Below, in pieces: positions 9,037-17,840 of a DNA stretch of 64,000 nucleotides. The stretch is from Ostreococcus lucimarinus (taxonomy: Eukaryota). The stretch lies in the NCBI GenBank assembly GCA_000092065.1, contig CP000591.1. One strand, written 5' to 3'. Each line of letters begins with the position of its first letter. Within the stretch, counting starts at the first letter, position 1. The notes under the pieces were generated by a model that was given only the letters and a program-made list of their open reading frames with translations, searched no databases and was not told the origin of the DNA. The position numbers and the translations under genes are program-made.

Positions 9037-12000
9037 TCAACGACTCGCGCTTCCTCGGCTAGAACGCCGCGGCGTTCGGCGGGGCGTCGGGGTTGGCACG
9101 ACGACGGGCGCTTTGCTCGCGCTTCGCGTGAGACGAACGGCCTCGTCGGCGAGCGATTGCGCGTTCTCATCGTTCCAATCGTCGTCCATGCTCAATCTGG
9201 GCGGATCGTATTGCGACGCGGGTTCTTGCGAAGCGTGAACCTCGTCCCATGGCATCTCGTCCACCAAAGACTCGGCGTTTTCGGGCACGCCCGTGAGTGC
9301 TCTCGCGCGCGACTTCAACGACGCGATGATCGAGCGCGATCGATCGTCTCGCGAGCCACAAAATCGCTCCAAATCGCGCGACGCAACCGAAATGCGATGG
9401 ATGCCTGGCGTTTGCGCCGCTAACGTCACCGAAACATTTTCGATCGGCACGCGCGCGACGTAGACGCCGTTGTCCGCGTCGTAATGTTGGAACTCCAAAT
9501 TTCGCAAAACGAGCGGCGGTCCACACTCGTGCCGCGCTTCGGTGAATAACTTCGTGGATGGCATCCAATCATCCGCCTTGACAAAGCTGTCATCGTCGTA
9601 TCCAGTAATCTCTACCGCCAAAAGGTGCGGACGCGCCGCGTTCGGAGTCGTCGAATCGAGGACGGATGAATCAAAGCAAAATATCCATTGCGACAGTCGA
9701 CCGCGTTGTGTCGATCGTGGAGGCCCGCAGTGTAAAGTACACGCCACGGCGTCGAATTCTTTGCGCACTAGACCCGATCGCGACAAGTCAGCCAAATCCA
9801 CGGCTGCGCGCACGCTCAAGCAGCGCCATTCATGCTCGCTGTGCTCGAGTTTTTGCGCGGCAATATCTTCCTGCGGGATCGGGGTCCAACGCGTGTAGCG
9901 CGTGGTGGATAAACTTAACTCGCCCTCGATAAACGCGTTCGCGCGTGGTTTGATTGCCGTCACCGCAAACGACTGTCCTGGCTGCGCCGCATCGACGAGT
10001 GCTTCGTCCGCGTCCCAAATCGTAAGAATCGCACTCGTCGATCCGCGGGTGATCGGCCCTCGATATGATTCGTGCTTTGACGACGGCATGAAGCCGACAA
10101 CGTTCAGACGAAGAACCGCGCTCGTACGACGATCGTATAGATTCTTCTCTTGAAGCGCCTCGCGAATCGCTCGCTCTTGATCGACTTCGCTGCCCCAACC
10201 TCCGATGCGATTGTGCATTGCGTCTTGCAACTCGTGCAAGACGCTGTCACGAGCGCGCTGCCATTCAGCATGCGCTCGACGCTCAGCGATTTCGCAACGC
10301 AATACGTTCTTGTCTGCATCCCTACGTTCTTGATGCATCATGGGATACGCGTGTCGGACATGAATCAACATACGCGGCACGACGCCGCCGTCGGGCACCA
10401 CTGAACGCAGGGGTATCGTGAGATTGTACGTGACGCGTCCCAAAGCCGCATCCCACGGCGCGAGCCGCGCGCCGTTCACGTGCAGGCATACGTACGCCAT
10501 CTCTGCATCGTCCGACAGTGGTGACACCGCATCCGTGACACCTCGTAGCTCGGCACCGACAACAAATATTTTGTACCCGACGCGCAAGCGTCCTTCGCGC
10601 ACCGCTCGCGTAAGCTTCGCGTCCAGCCGCGCGCGAACGCTATACCATCCATCCGAAATTTCGATTTCTGACATCGTAGGTACATTACCGATACCGGAAG
10701 CGGTCGTCATCGATCGAATCGCGCTCACGACGTACACTGCCGGCGCGCCTGGGTTTTCATCCTTTTCTAAAATCCTCCTCACGTGCGGTCGCTCCGCGCG
10801 GTTAATTTCGCGTTCATACTTGTACAACATGCGCTGCAGCACGGCGGATTCGCTCAAGACGCCGAAAGCATACTTTTCTGGAAACGCTCGCGCCATGCAT
10901 GCTTGTGTCCACACGATCCACTTGTACGCATTCGCCACCCACTCGTTCGTCAGAGACGCGTCGCTCGCGCCGGCTTTAATCATCAACTCGCGCATCTCTC
11001 GCCAACCAACCAGGCCGCGTTCGACGCTTGGCAAGCGCAATGACTTCGCGGTATCGGCGTTGAGCGTCGCGACGCACGTGTCGACGAACGCTGGGCGAAC
11101 TTGAAACGGGAGCAAATTATTGAAGAATGTGCAGAGCGGCGCTCTCATGCCCATGCGAACGCGCGCGGCGAATAAGTCGTGCACGGCAACACCCACGGAC
11201 GCACCAGTGCCATCGTGGCGCGATCTCTTCGCTTGTCGCGGTGCACTCGCCGCCGTTCGCGCGCCGAGTATTGACATCGGCGGCGTGAAAGCCGTCGTGC
11301 TCTTCATCGGCGGCGTGAACCCGGGCGCCTTCGATGGCGCCTTGCGAACCGCCGGGAGCGACTTCGGCGTCTTGAACGACGGCTGCGGGAACGCCGCACG
11401 CACTGGCGTGTTTTCATTCCCGACTTCCGCGAGAAAAGCGCGCGACTTCTTCAACGCCGCCTCGCTCAGCTCTAAAGTCGCGCCCGCGGCGGTCTGGAAC
11501 ACCAAACCTCCGCCGCCGCTCGCCGCGGGCGGCGTTGCGGCGGCGGCGCTCGGTCGCTCTCGACCAGACGACGACGGGTCGTTTTCATCAACGTCCGCAA
11601 ACATCGCGCGCGCGCGTCGTTTTACGTCTTCAGACACCGCGATGCTCGCACCACCGCCGGTTTGAAAGACCAAGCCCTTGGGCGCCGCCGACGTAAACAC
11701 GCCCCCGCTCTCCGCTCTCGTCGTCGCCGGCGTCTCGATCGCGGCTCGAAACGTGAACGCGTCTTCGTACGCCTCGTCGTCGTCATCAAATCTAGGTTGC
11801 TCGTCGGTTCGAATCGCGCCGTTCGCGCGCGCGATGACGCTCTTCCCACTCGCCGTCGTGAGCGTCACCGAATCCGGCGCCGGCGCGTCTAAATTCGCGT
11901 ACGGCGTCGCCGATCCCGCCATGTGTCGTTGCATGATCACGAACGGGCTCTGCGCCATCGCCGTCGCTCGCGCGCTCGGTCCCGGCGCCGACGCCGGCGC

Positions 12001-12693
12001 CCGTCGCCGACTCACCGGCGTCACCGCGTCCGCGTCGTCGTCCTCGTCTCTCAAATACATGAACCCCTTCCCTCTCGCGCGCCGCGCCGCCGCCGCCGTC
12101 TCCGGCGTCGTCCGCTGCGTCTTCGGCCACGCCGGCGTGTGCGCGAACGGGTTCCCGCACCTCGCGAGCGCGCCCACGCTCACTCCCGGCGACGGCGCCG
12201 GCATCGCCCCGAGCCCACTGATCGACGGACTCTCCCTCGCGCCTCGCGCTTCGTCCGCGTCGTCCGCGTCGTCCGCGTCGTCCGCCGTCCTCACCGCCTC
12301 GTCGTCCCGCACCTCCGTCTCCGGCACCACTCGCCCCGACCGTTCCATCGAGTCTTTCGCGCCCCTTCTCGCGTCGCCGTCGCCCTTTTCGCGCGTCTTT
12401 TCCGCCTCGGCGTCTCGCGCGCGTTCGAACGCGTCGACAGCTCCCGCGCCGTTTGAATCTCTCCTCGAGTTCGTCGTCGCCGTCGTCGCCGCTCGCGCCC
12501 GCGCGACGTACGCCGCGCACGCGGGCTCATCGCCGTCGTCGAGCGCGCCGAGCGCGTCGCACAGCGGCGTCGCGCGCGTCGCGCGCGTCGCCGCATCGTC
12601 GTTCGGTCGCGCGTCGTTCGGTCGCGGCGCGCGCTCGACGTCCCAGCGCGCTTCGCTCGCGCGCGCGCGGCGCCGCGCGACGAGGCTCGGCAT
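9037..12693 (-). CDS. BRCA2: BRCA2 homolog with BRC repeats, the BRCA2 helical domain and OB folds.
   Basis: BRC-like motifs: TTASGKSV, LVFQTGGGASIAVSEDVKRRARAMF and LVFQTAAGATLELSEAALKKSRAFL. Helical-domain match: NEWVANAYKWIVWTQACMARAFPEKY...LQRMLYKYEREIN. OB1 match: ISDGWYSVRARLDAKLTRAVREGRLRVGYKIFVVGAELRG. ATG at 12693. Confidence 0.8.
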   Translation of the reverse strand: MPSLVARRRARASEARWDVERAPRPNDARPNDDAATRATRATPLCDALGALDDGDEPACAAYVARARAATTATTNSRRDSNGAGAVDAFERARDAEAEKTREKGDGDARRGAKDSMERSGRVVPETEVRDDEAVRTADDADDADDADEARGARESPSISGLGAMPAPSPGVSVGALARCGNPFAHTPAWPKTQRTTPETAAAARRARGKGFMYLRDEDDDADAVTPVSRRRAPASAPGPSARATAMAQSPFVIMQRHMAGSATPYANLDAPAPDSVTLTTASGKSVIARANGAIRTDEQPRFDDDDEAYEDAFTFRAAIETPATTRAESGGVFTSAAPKGLVFQTGGGASIAVSEDVKRRARAMFADVDENDPSSSGRERPSAAAATPPAASGGGGLVFQTAAGATLELSEAALKKSRAFLAEVGNENTPVRAAFPQPSFKTPKSLPAVRKAPSKAPGFTPPMKSTTAFTPPMSILGARTAASAPRQAKRSRHDGTGASVGVAVHDLFAARVRMGMRAPLCTFFNNLLPFQVRPAFVDTCVATLNADTAKSLRLPSVERGLVGWREMRELMIKAGASDASLTNEWVANAYKWIVWTQACMARAFPEKYAFGVLSESAVLQRMLYKYEREINRAERPHVRRILEKDENPGAPAVYVVSAIRSMTTASGIGNVPTMSEIEISDGWYSVRARLDAKLTRAVREGRLRVGYKIFVVGAELRGVTDAVSPLSDDAEMAYVCLHVNGARLAPWDAALGRVTYNLTIPLRSVVPDGGVVPRMLIHVRHAYPMMHQERRDADKNVLRCEIAERRAHAEWQRARDSVLHELQDAMHNRIGGWGSEVDQERAIREALQEKNLYDRRTSAVLRLNVVGFMPSSKHESYRGPITRGSTSAILTIWDADEALVDAAQPGQSFAVTAIKPRANAFIEGELSLSTTRYTRWTPIPQEDIAAQKLEHSEHEWRCLSVRAAVDLADLSRSGLVRKEFDAVACTLHCGPPRSTQRGRLSQWIFCFDSSVLDSTTPNAARPHLLAVEITGYDDDSFVKADDWMPSTKLFTEARHECGPPLVLRNLEFQHYDADNGVYVARVPIENVSVTLAAQTPGIHRISVASRDLERFCGSRDDRSRSIIASLKSRARALTGVPENAESLVDEMPWDEVHASQEPASQYDPPRLSMDDDWNDENAQSLADEAVRLTRSASKAPVVVPTPTPRRTPRRSSRGSASR

Positions 12694-12775
12694 CGCGCGT
12701 CGGCGGCCGCGCGCGCGCGCGGCGCGAGGCGCGCGCGACGGTGTGCGGCGTCACAGCGCGGTGCGCGCGGATTCG

Positions 12776-13684
12776 ATGCGCGCGACGCTCGCGCGAAGCC
12801 TCGTCGCGCGCGCGGCGCGCCGCGCGCCCGGACGCGCGCGGTCGCGACGCGCGATGTCGCGCGCGCGATCCGCGAGCGACGCGGGCGCGGAGGCGCTCGC
12901 GGAGGCGCTCGCGAGGCACGAATCGCGCGCGGCGCGATTGTCGTTCGCGGAGGAAGCGCGCGTGATTCTCGACACCAACGGCTGCGGCGCGCTGTCGACG
13001 CTGGGAAACCAACGCGCGGGCGTCTTGGCGGGGTTCCCGTGCGGGAGCGTCGCGGCGTACGCGAGCGATGAGGACGGGCTGCCGATCTTCGCGCTGAGCG
13101 CGCTGTCGCAGCACGCGCGAGACGCGAGGGAAAACGGAAAGGCGACGCTCACGGTGACGCGCGCGGAGTTCGAGGACGTGAGCGACGGGAGAGTGTCGAT
13201 GAGTGGAATCCTGACCGAGGTCGACGCGGGCGAGGCGACGGCGCGGGCGCGAGCGCGGTACCTGGCGCGGCACCCGGGGGCGTTTTGGGTCGATTTCGGC
13301 GACTTCGCGTGGTACAAGATGACCGAGGTCGTGGCGATTCGCATCGTCGGAGGGTTCGCGCGCGCGGGGAGCGTGACGGTGGAAGAGTACGCGAATGCGC
13401 GACCGGATCCGGTGGCGGCGTTTTCGGCGCCGGTGTGCGGACACATGAACGCCGACCACGGGGACTCGCTTCGCGACGTGGTGAAGCACTACGTCGGCGT
13501 GGACGTGGATTCGGTCGAGATGCGCTCGATCGACGCGCTCGGGATGAACTGTCGCGTCGTCAAGGATGGCGAAAAGTACGCGTGTCGCCTACCGTTCGAA
13601 AGCGCGGCGACTGGGCGCAAAGAAGTGAAGGATCAAATCGTATTGATGACGCGAAACGCCGCGGCGGCGGCGAACGCGCAGTAA
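12776..13684 (+). CDS. PNPOx-like FMN-binding split-barrel protein with a DUF2470 C-terminal domain (GluTR-binding-protein / HugZ-like family). Organellar presequence.
   Basis: ATG at 12776 (MRATLARSLVARAARR...). Split-barrel region: ARVILDTNGCGALSTL...GFPCGSVAAYASDEDGLPIFALSALSQHARD. DUF2470-like HMNADHGDSLRDVVKHY motif. The ORF track extends it upstream to 11678, antisense to BRCA2; I consider that extension spurious. Confidence 0.65.
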   Translation: MRATLARSLVARAARRAPGRARSRRAMSRARSASDAGAEALAEALARHESRAARLSFAEEARVILDTNGCGALSTLGNQRAGVLAGFPCGSVAAYASDEDGLPIFALSALSQHARDARENGKATLTVTRAEFEDVSDGRVSMSGILTEVDAGEATARARARYLARHPGAFWVDFGDFAWYKMTEVVAIRIVGGFARAGSVTVEEYANARPDPVAAFSAPVCGHMNADHGDSLRDVVKHYVGVDVDSVEMRSIDALGMNCRVVKDGEKYACRLPFESAATGRKEVKDQIVLMTRNAAAAANAQ

Positions 13685-13881
13685 AATCGACGTCCTCCGG
13701 CGGCGACGTCGAGCCTCGCGATCGACATCGACGCTCCATCACCGAAGCGACGCGCGTCACCACCTAATCTTTATGTTTATCGCGACACCGCGACGATTCG
13801 TTTCCATCCGCGCGCGCCTTCGCGCGTTCGCCCCGCGTCGCGTCGCCTCACACCGCGCCCTCCGCCGCGCCCTCGCGGTGC

Positions 13882-14148
13882 ATGCCCGTGTCGTTCGTGT
13901 ATCAAAAGTCGTCTCGATCCAAACCTCGCGCGGGCGCCGACGTCTGCGAGATCAAGTGCAAGAAGCTCAGCTGCGCGATACAAAAGTGCATCTCCAGACT
14001 GCCCGCCACGCGGTCGCGCACGAGCGCGTCCACGGTGAACTTTGACGCGTGCGCGCCGGCGATCGAGCGCTACGACGCGTGCTGCGCCGCGGCGAGGGCG
14101 GCGGAGGCGCGAGGACGCGATGACGACGACGCGAAGCGTCGCGAGTGA
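13882..14148 (+). CDS. Small twin Cx9C (CHCH-type) protein, a putative mitochondrial intermembrane-space protein.
   Basis: ATG at 13882. Two Cx9C motifs: CKKLSCAIQKC and CAPAIERYDAC. 88 aa with a basic C-terminus. Confidence 0.4.
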   Translation: MPVSFVYQKSSRSKPRAGADVCEIKCKKLSCAIQKCISRLPATRSRTSASTVNFDACAPAIERYDACCAAARAAEARGRDDDDAKRRE

Positions 14149-14887
14149 AGCCCGGAGGCTGGGTTCGAGTCGGACGCGCGCGGCGCGGCGGCGAAGCGTC
14201 GCGAACGCGCGATGCGCGACGCGAGGTTCGAGCGGGCGGCGCGCGGTGCGGTCGCGATGGAAGGCGACGCGCGCGGCGGGCGACGCGAGCGACGAAGACG
14301 ACTCGGGAAGGTTTATCAACGACGACGCGTTTTCGGCGCTCGGCGGGTTGAAGAAGACGAAGGATCCGTTCGCGGCGAACGCGGCGCGGGAAAGACCGGC
14401 GGCGAGCAAGGCGCGCGGTGTCGGTGGATTCTCGAAAGCGGGCGCGGAGACGGCGAGTTTGCCGACGACGCGCGACGCGGATGTGATTTTGAAGCGTTTC
14501 GACGAGACGCAGCGGCGCGAGGGAGCGGAGGCGGCGACGACGGCGTGTGAGCGACCCGCGATGGAACGAGCGACGAGAGCGCTCGCGTCGCGCGCGTCGC
14601 GCGTTATGCTGGGCATATGCGCCGCGAGCGCGGAGGAGGGATTGGCGGCGCTCAAGACGTGGACGGCGGAGTTGGGACTGCCGAAGGGAAAATTACACGG
14701 CATGGATAAGGATGGTATCCCAGTGGATCCGCCGAAAGGGGCGGTGTTCATCAAGTACAACTCACTTTCGGGAGATGCGTACATTTCTGGCTACGGTGGG
14801 ACTTTTCGTGGGGTTTTGTTCACCCCCGAGCTCGACGACGGGGCGTTTCGCCAATACGGATATTTACCGCTCGACGTGTTGCTCTGA
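14120..14887 (+). CDS. Hypothetical conserved protein. N-terminus is transit-peptide-like and the C-terminal domain looks globular.
   Basis: ATG at 14120 (MTTTRSVASEARR...). Conserved-looking C-terminus: GAVFIKYNSLSGDAYISGYGGTFRGVLFTPELDDGAFRQYGYLPLDVLL. The ORF track extends it upstream to 14042. Confidence 0.4.
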   Translation: MTTTRSVASEARRLGSSRTRAARRRSVANARCATRGSSGRRAVRSRWKATRAAGDASDEDDSGRFINDDAFSALGGLKKTKDPFAANAARERPAASKARGVGGFSKAGAETASLPTTRDADVILKRFDETQRREGAEAATTACERPAMERATRALASRASRVMLGICAASAEEGLAALKTWTAELGLPKGKLHGMDKDGIPVDPPKGAVFIKYNSLSGDAYISGYGGTFRGVLFTPELDDGAFRQYGYLPLDVLL

Positions 14888-14950
14888 TCTTGTAGATCTT
14901 GTAGACAAATCTCTAGTACGGCTAAGCTAAATCGCAGTCACGATAGATTG

Positions 14951-16726
14951 TTACCAGAATGTTTCGCGGTAATCCTTGAGGAACTTGCCGAACACAGGCG
15001 GCCACGCTTGCGGCGGTTCGCTGAAACCTTCAAACACCGGCGCGAGAACGCGCGCCGCGGCGTCTTCCTCATCGATGGGCGTCTGGAAACCCTTCTCTTT
15101 CGCCAATCTCGCCGCTTTTTCCAGTGGATTCTCGTCGTTAATCCAACCGGTATCGATTGAGTTCATATAGATGCCATCTTCCGCGAAGTCTTTCCCCGAC
15201 GTCGCGCTCATCATGTTCAACGCCGCCTTCGCCATGTTGGTGTGCGAGTGCGTACTCAGTTTCGCCCGAGCGAATTGGCCTTCCATAGCGGAAACATTGA
15301 TGATAAACGCCGCGGCGTACTCGACCCCAGCCTCTTTATCGACAGCGACGGTCTTGGCCATCAATGGACGAAGCTTGCCGTTCAGCACGAAAGGTGCGGC
15401 GGCGTTCACCGCGAGCACTTCGAGCAACTCTGGAGTCTCAATTTCGCCAAGCTTCATCGTCCACGAGTTTTTCGTCCTTAAATCCACCTGCTGCCCGTTG
15501 ACATCGAGCGCGCCTTCAGGGAAGTGTTCGTTGGACTCATCGGCGTCGGAAGCGATCAGTTGGAGCTGCGACATTGCGGCTGAGGGCGCCATCCATCCAG
15601 CTTCTTTAAACTTATCGCCCTGTCGCCAATCGCTCAGCGCCGTGGGCGACGGCGCCTCGGCGTCGGCGCTCGGTAAAAAGTCGCACCGAGCGTTCGCGCC
15701 AGCGAGCGAGCGAGTAAACCCCGAGCGCGCTTCGGCTTGGAGAAGGTGCTTGTAATACGCTGGAGGTCGCCGCACGGTCTGACACGCGTTGTTCACGAGG
15801 ACGTCCAATCGAGGCAGCGTCGCGAGCAAATGCGCGCAGAGCTTTTCCAAAGCGGGCAAGTCGCGCAAATCCATGGCGAGTATCTGCAGTCGACCGATCC
15901 ATTGTCCCGCGTCATCTTCTCCTTCGAAGCGCTTCAGCGCGTCCACGGGAAAACGCGTCGTCGCGATCACGTTCGCGCCCGCGCGAAGAAGTTTCAACGC
16001 GATGCGATACCCAATCTTCACGCGCGCGCCCGTCACCACGCAAAACTTCCCTCGCATGTCCGCCGTCTGCGACCGCTTTTCCCAATTCAACTCGGCACAC
16101 TCCGGACACAACGCTGCGTAAAAGTGATGCATCTTTCGAAATCGCGACTTGCACACGTAGCACGACCGCAATAAATTGAACTCCTCCGCCTCGCCGTTTT
16201 CGCTCGCCGCGATCGACGTCGCCGAAGCGCTCGCGACGCCGTCGGGAATCATCCTCTCCCCCACCCCATCCCCGTTCGCCTCTTGCAACGCGCTCAATCG
16301 TTTCAACCTTTCGTTCCGCAGCGTCGTTTGATCCATCTTCGCTCGATCCGCCGCGCGTTCCGCCATCTTTTTCCTATTCCGCTCGCGTTTCGGCAGCTTC
16401 GCCGCGACGTACTCCGCGCGAGACATCCCGTGGAACATTTTCCCGTGCATTCGCTCCAACAGCGGCAGCAGCGCTCTGCGCAGCGCTTTATGTTTCGGGT
16501 GCTCCAGCACCGCGTTCGCGCGCGCGCGCGCGTCGTCGTCGTCGCCGTCGCCGCCGTCGCGCGCGCTCGGTGCGCTTTTCGTCCCGCTCGCGCCGCCGCC
16601 GACATCGCCGCCGCACGCCGCGATCACGCGCAGCGCGCGCGCGAGATCGTCGCTCGTGAACCCCCGCCACGCGTCGAGCGCGTCGCCGTCGAGCGCGCGC
16701 GCGTCGTCGTCGAGCGTCGTCGTCAT
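14951..16726 (-). CDS. Short-chain dehydrogenase/reductase (SDR) family oxidoreductase with an N-terminal acidic/basic region and a CxxC...CxxC zinc-ribbon-like motif.
   Basis: Rossmann motif VVTGARVKIGYRIALKLLRAGANVIATTR. NNA-like motif DVLVNNACQT. Zinc-ribbon-like CYVCKSRF...CPEC. ATG at 16726. Confidence 0.75.
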   Translation of the reverse strand: MTTTLDDDARALDGDALDAWRGFTSDDLARALRVIAACGGDVGGGASGTKSAPSARDGGDGDDDDARARANAVLEHPKHKALRRALLPLLERMHGKMFHGMSRAEYVAAKLPKRERNRKKMAERAADRAKMDQTTLRNERLKRLSALQEANGDGVGERMIPDGVASASATSIAASENGEAEEFNLLRSCYVCKSRFRKMHHFYAALCPECAELNWEKRSQTADMRGKFCVVTGARVKIGYRIALKLLRAGANVIATTRFPVDALKRFEGEDDAGQWIGRLQILAMDLRDLPALEKLCAHLLATLPRLDVLVNNACQTVRRPPAYYKHLLQAEARSGFTRSLAGANARCDFLPSADAEAPSPTALSDWRQGDKFKEAGWMAPSAAMSQLQLIASDADESNEHFPEGALDVNGQQVDLRTKNSWTMKLGEIETPELLEVLAVNAAAPFVLNGKLRPLMAKTVAVDKEAGVEYAAAFIINVSAMEGQFARAKLSTHSHTNMAKAALNMMSATSGKDFAEDGIYMNSIDTGWINDENPLEKAARLAKEKGFQTPIDEEDAAARVLAPVFEGFSEPPQAWPPVFGKFLKDYRETFW

Positions 16727-16786
16727 TCGTCCGCGCGACCGCGAGTGCGGCTCGCCGATGGGGCGCCGCGCGTGACGACGCGCGCG

Positions 16787-17818
16787 ATGTCGTACGCGAA
16801 ATCGACGCGCCCGACGCGGTTCTTAAGGGTGTGCCCGCTTCGCGCGCGCGACGAGGCGCGCGCGCTCGCCGAAGGCGCGGCGCGCGAGGCGGTGGAAGTC
16901 GACGCGCGGGACATCGACGCGAAACGCGCGGTGACGTTCGAGTTCGCGCGCGTGGAAGACGCGACGGCGGCGCTCGAGCGCCTGCGCGGAGGACGCACGC
17001 GCGCGTCTGTGTTCGGCGCGGGCGTCGCGGACGGCGAGACGGCGCTCGCGTGTGGGTACAGCGCGCGGGCGAGCGACTCGCGAGCGCCGGAGCGCGAGCG
17101 AACGAAGGCGTCGCGACGGTCGTCTGTCGAGGGACTGACGCTGATCGAGAATTTCGTCACGGTGGACGAGGAAAGAGCGTTGGCGACGCTCGCGGCGACG
17201 TCGGGGGACGAGACGCGGTTGGCGCGGCGCCGGGTGAAACATTTTGGGTACGCGTTCGATTACGGCACGCGAGACGCGAACTTGAAGGTTGTCGACGAGA
17301 TTCCTGAGCTGGCGATGGAAGTGTTGCGGAGGCTTCCGCGCGAGACGCCTGGGTATGAAGGCGCGATGCGGTGCGACCAGGTGACGGTGAATGAGTATCC
17401 TCGAGGCGTCGGCTTGGCTCCGCACGTGGACACGCACTCGGCGTTTGGCGACACAATTTTATCGCTCTCTTTGCTCGGGGGGACGGTGATGGAATTTAGG
17501 ACGAGCGGGGAAGCGCATCGGGCGATTTATCTTCCGCCTCGGTCATTGCTAGTCATGCATGGTGAATCGCGGTACCGATGGCAGCATTATATACCGCATC
17601 GGAAGTTTGACACTCTCGAGGGCGAAGCCGCGCCGACGCCTCGAGACGATGTGCGGCTCTCGTACACTTTTCGCGAGCGGAGAAGTGGACCATGCGAGTG
17701 CGCATTCCCGTTGCAGTGCGATTCGAGGGATGGCGCGCAGTCAAAGTGTAGCAAACGTAAGACGGGTAAGACCCAGGCGTTCGCAGAGCTCGTGGGAGAG
17801 TCGGGAGATAGCTTTTAG
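16787..17818 (+). CDS. ALKBH8-like protein with an RRM-like domain, an AlkB-type 2OG-Fe(II) dioxygenase domain and a C-terminal Zn finger. No methyltransferase domain.
   Basis: ATG at 16787. The sequence VTFEFARVEDATAALERLRG is RRM-like. AlkB core: VNEYPRGVGLAPHVDTHSAFGDTILSLSLLGGTVMEF...RYRWQHYIPHR. Zn-finger-like CECAFPLQCD. It is divergent from the SDR gene, with a 60-bp intergenic gap. Confidence 0.75.
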   Translation: MSYAKSTRPTRFLRVCPLRARDEARALAEGAAREAVEVDARDIDAKRAVTFEFARVEDATAALERLRGGRTRASVFGAGVADGETALACGYSARASDSRAPERERTKASRRSSVEGLTLIENFVTVDEERALATLAATSGDETRLARRRVKHFGYAFDYGTRDANLKVVDEIPELAMEVLRRLPRETPGYEGAMRCDQVTVNEYPRGVGLAPHVDTHSAFGDTILSLSLLGGTVMEFRTSGEAHRAIYLPPRSLLVMHGESRYRWQHYIPHRKFDTLEGEAAPTPRDDVRLSYTFRERRSGPCECAFPLQCDSRDGAQSKCSKRKTGKTQAFAELVGESGDSF

Positions 17819-17840
17819 TTTTGTGTAGTTTACAGATGTC

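Noticed and set aside
11678-12775. The 5' 366 codons of the 668-aa '+' ORF overlap BRCA2 in antisense.
   Set aside because: This part is low-complexity Ala/Ser/Arg-rich sequence with no domain. The conserved split-barrel/DUF2470 protein begins at the ATG at 12776 with a presequence-like N-terminus.
13777-14784. A 335-aa minus-strand ORF.
   Set aside because: It is antisense to the CHCH ORF and to the 14120-14887 gene. Composition is low-complexity Ala/Ser/Arg with no recognisable domain. It is a typical GC-rich antisense artefact.
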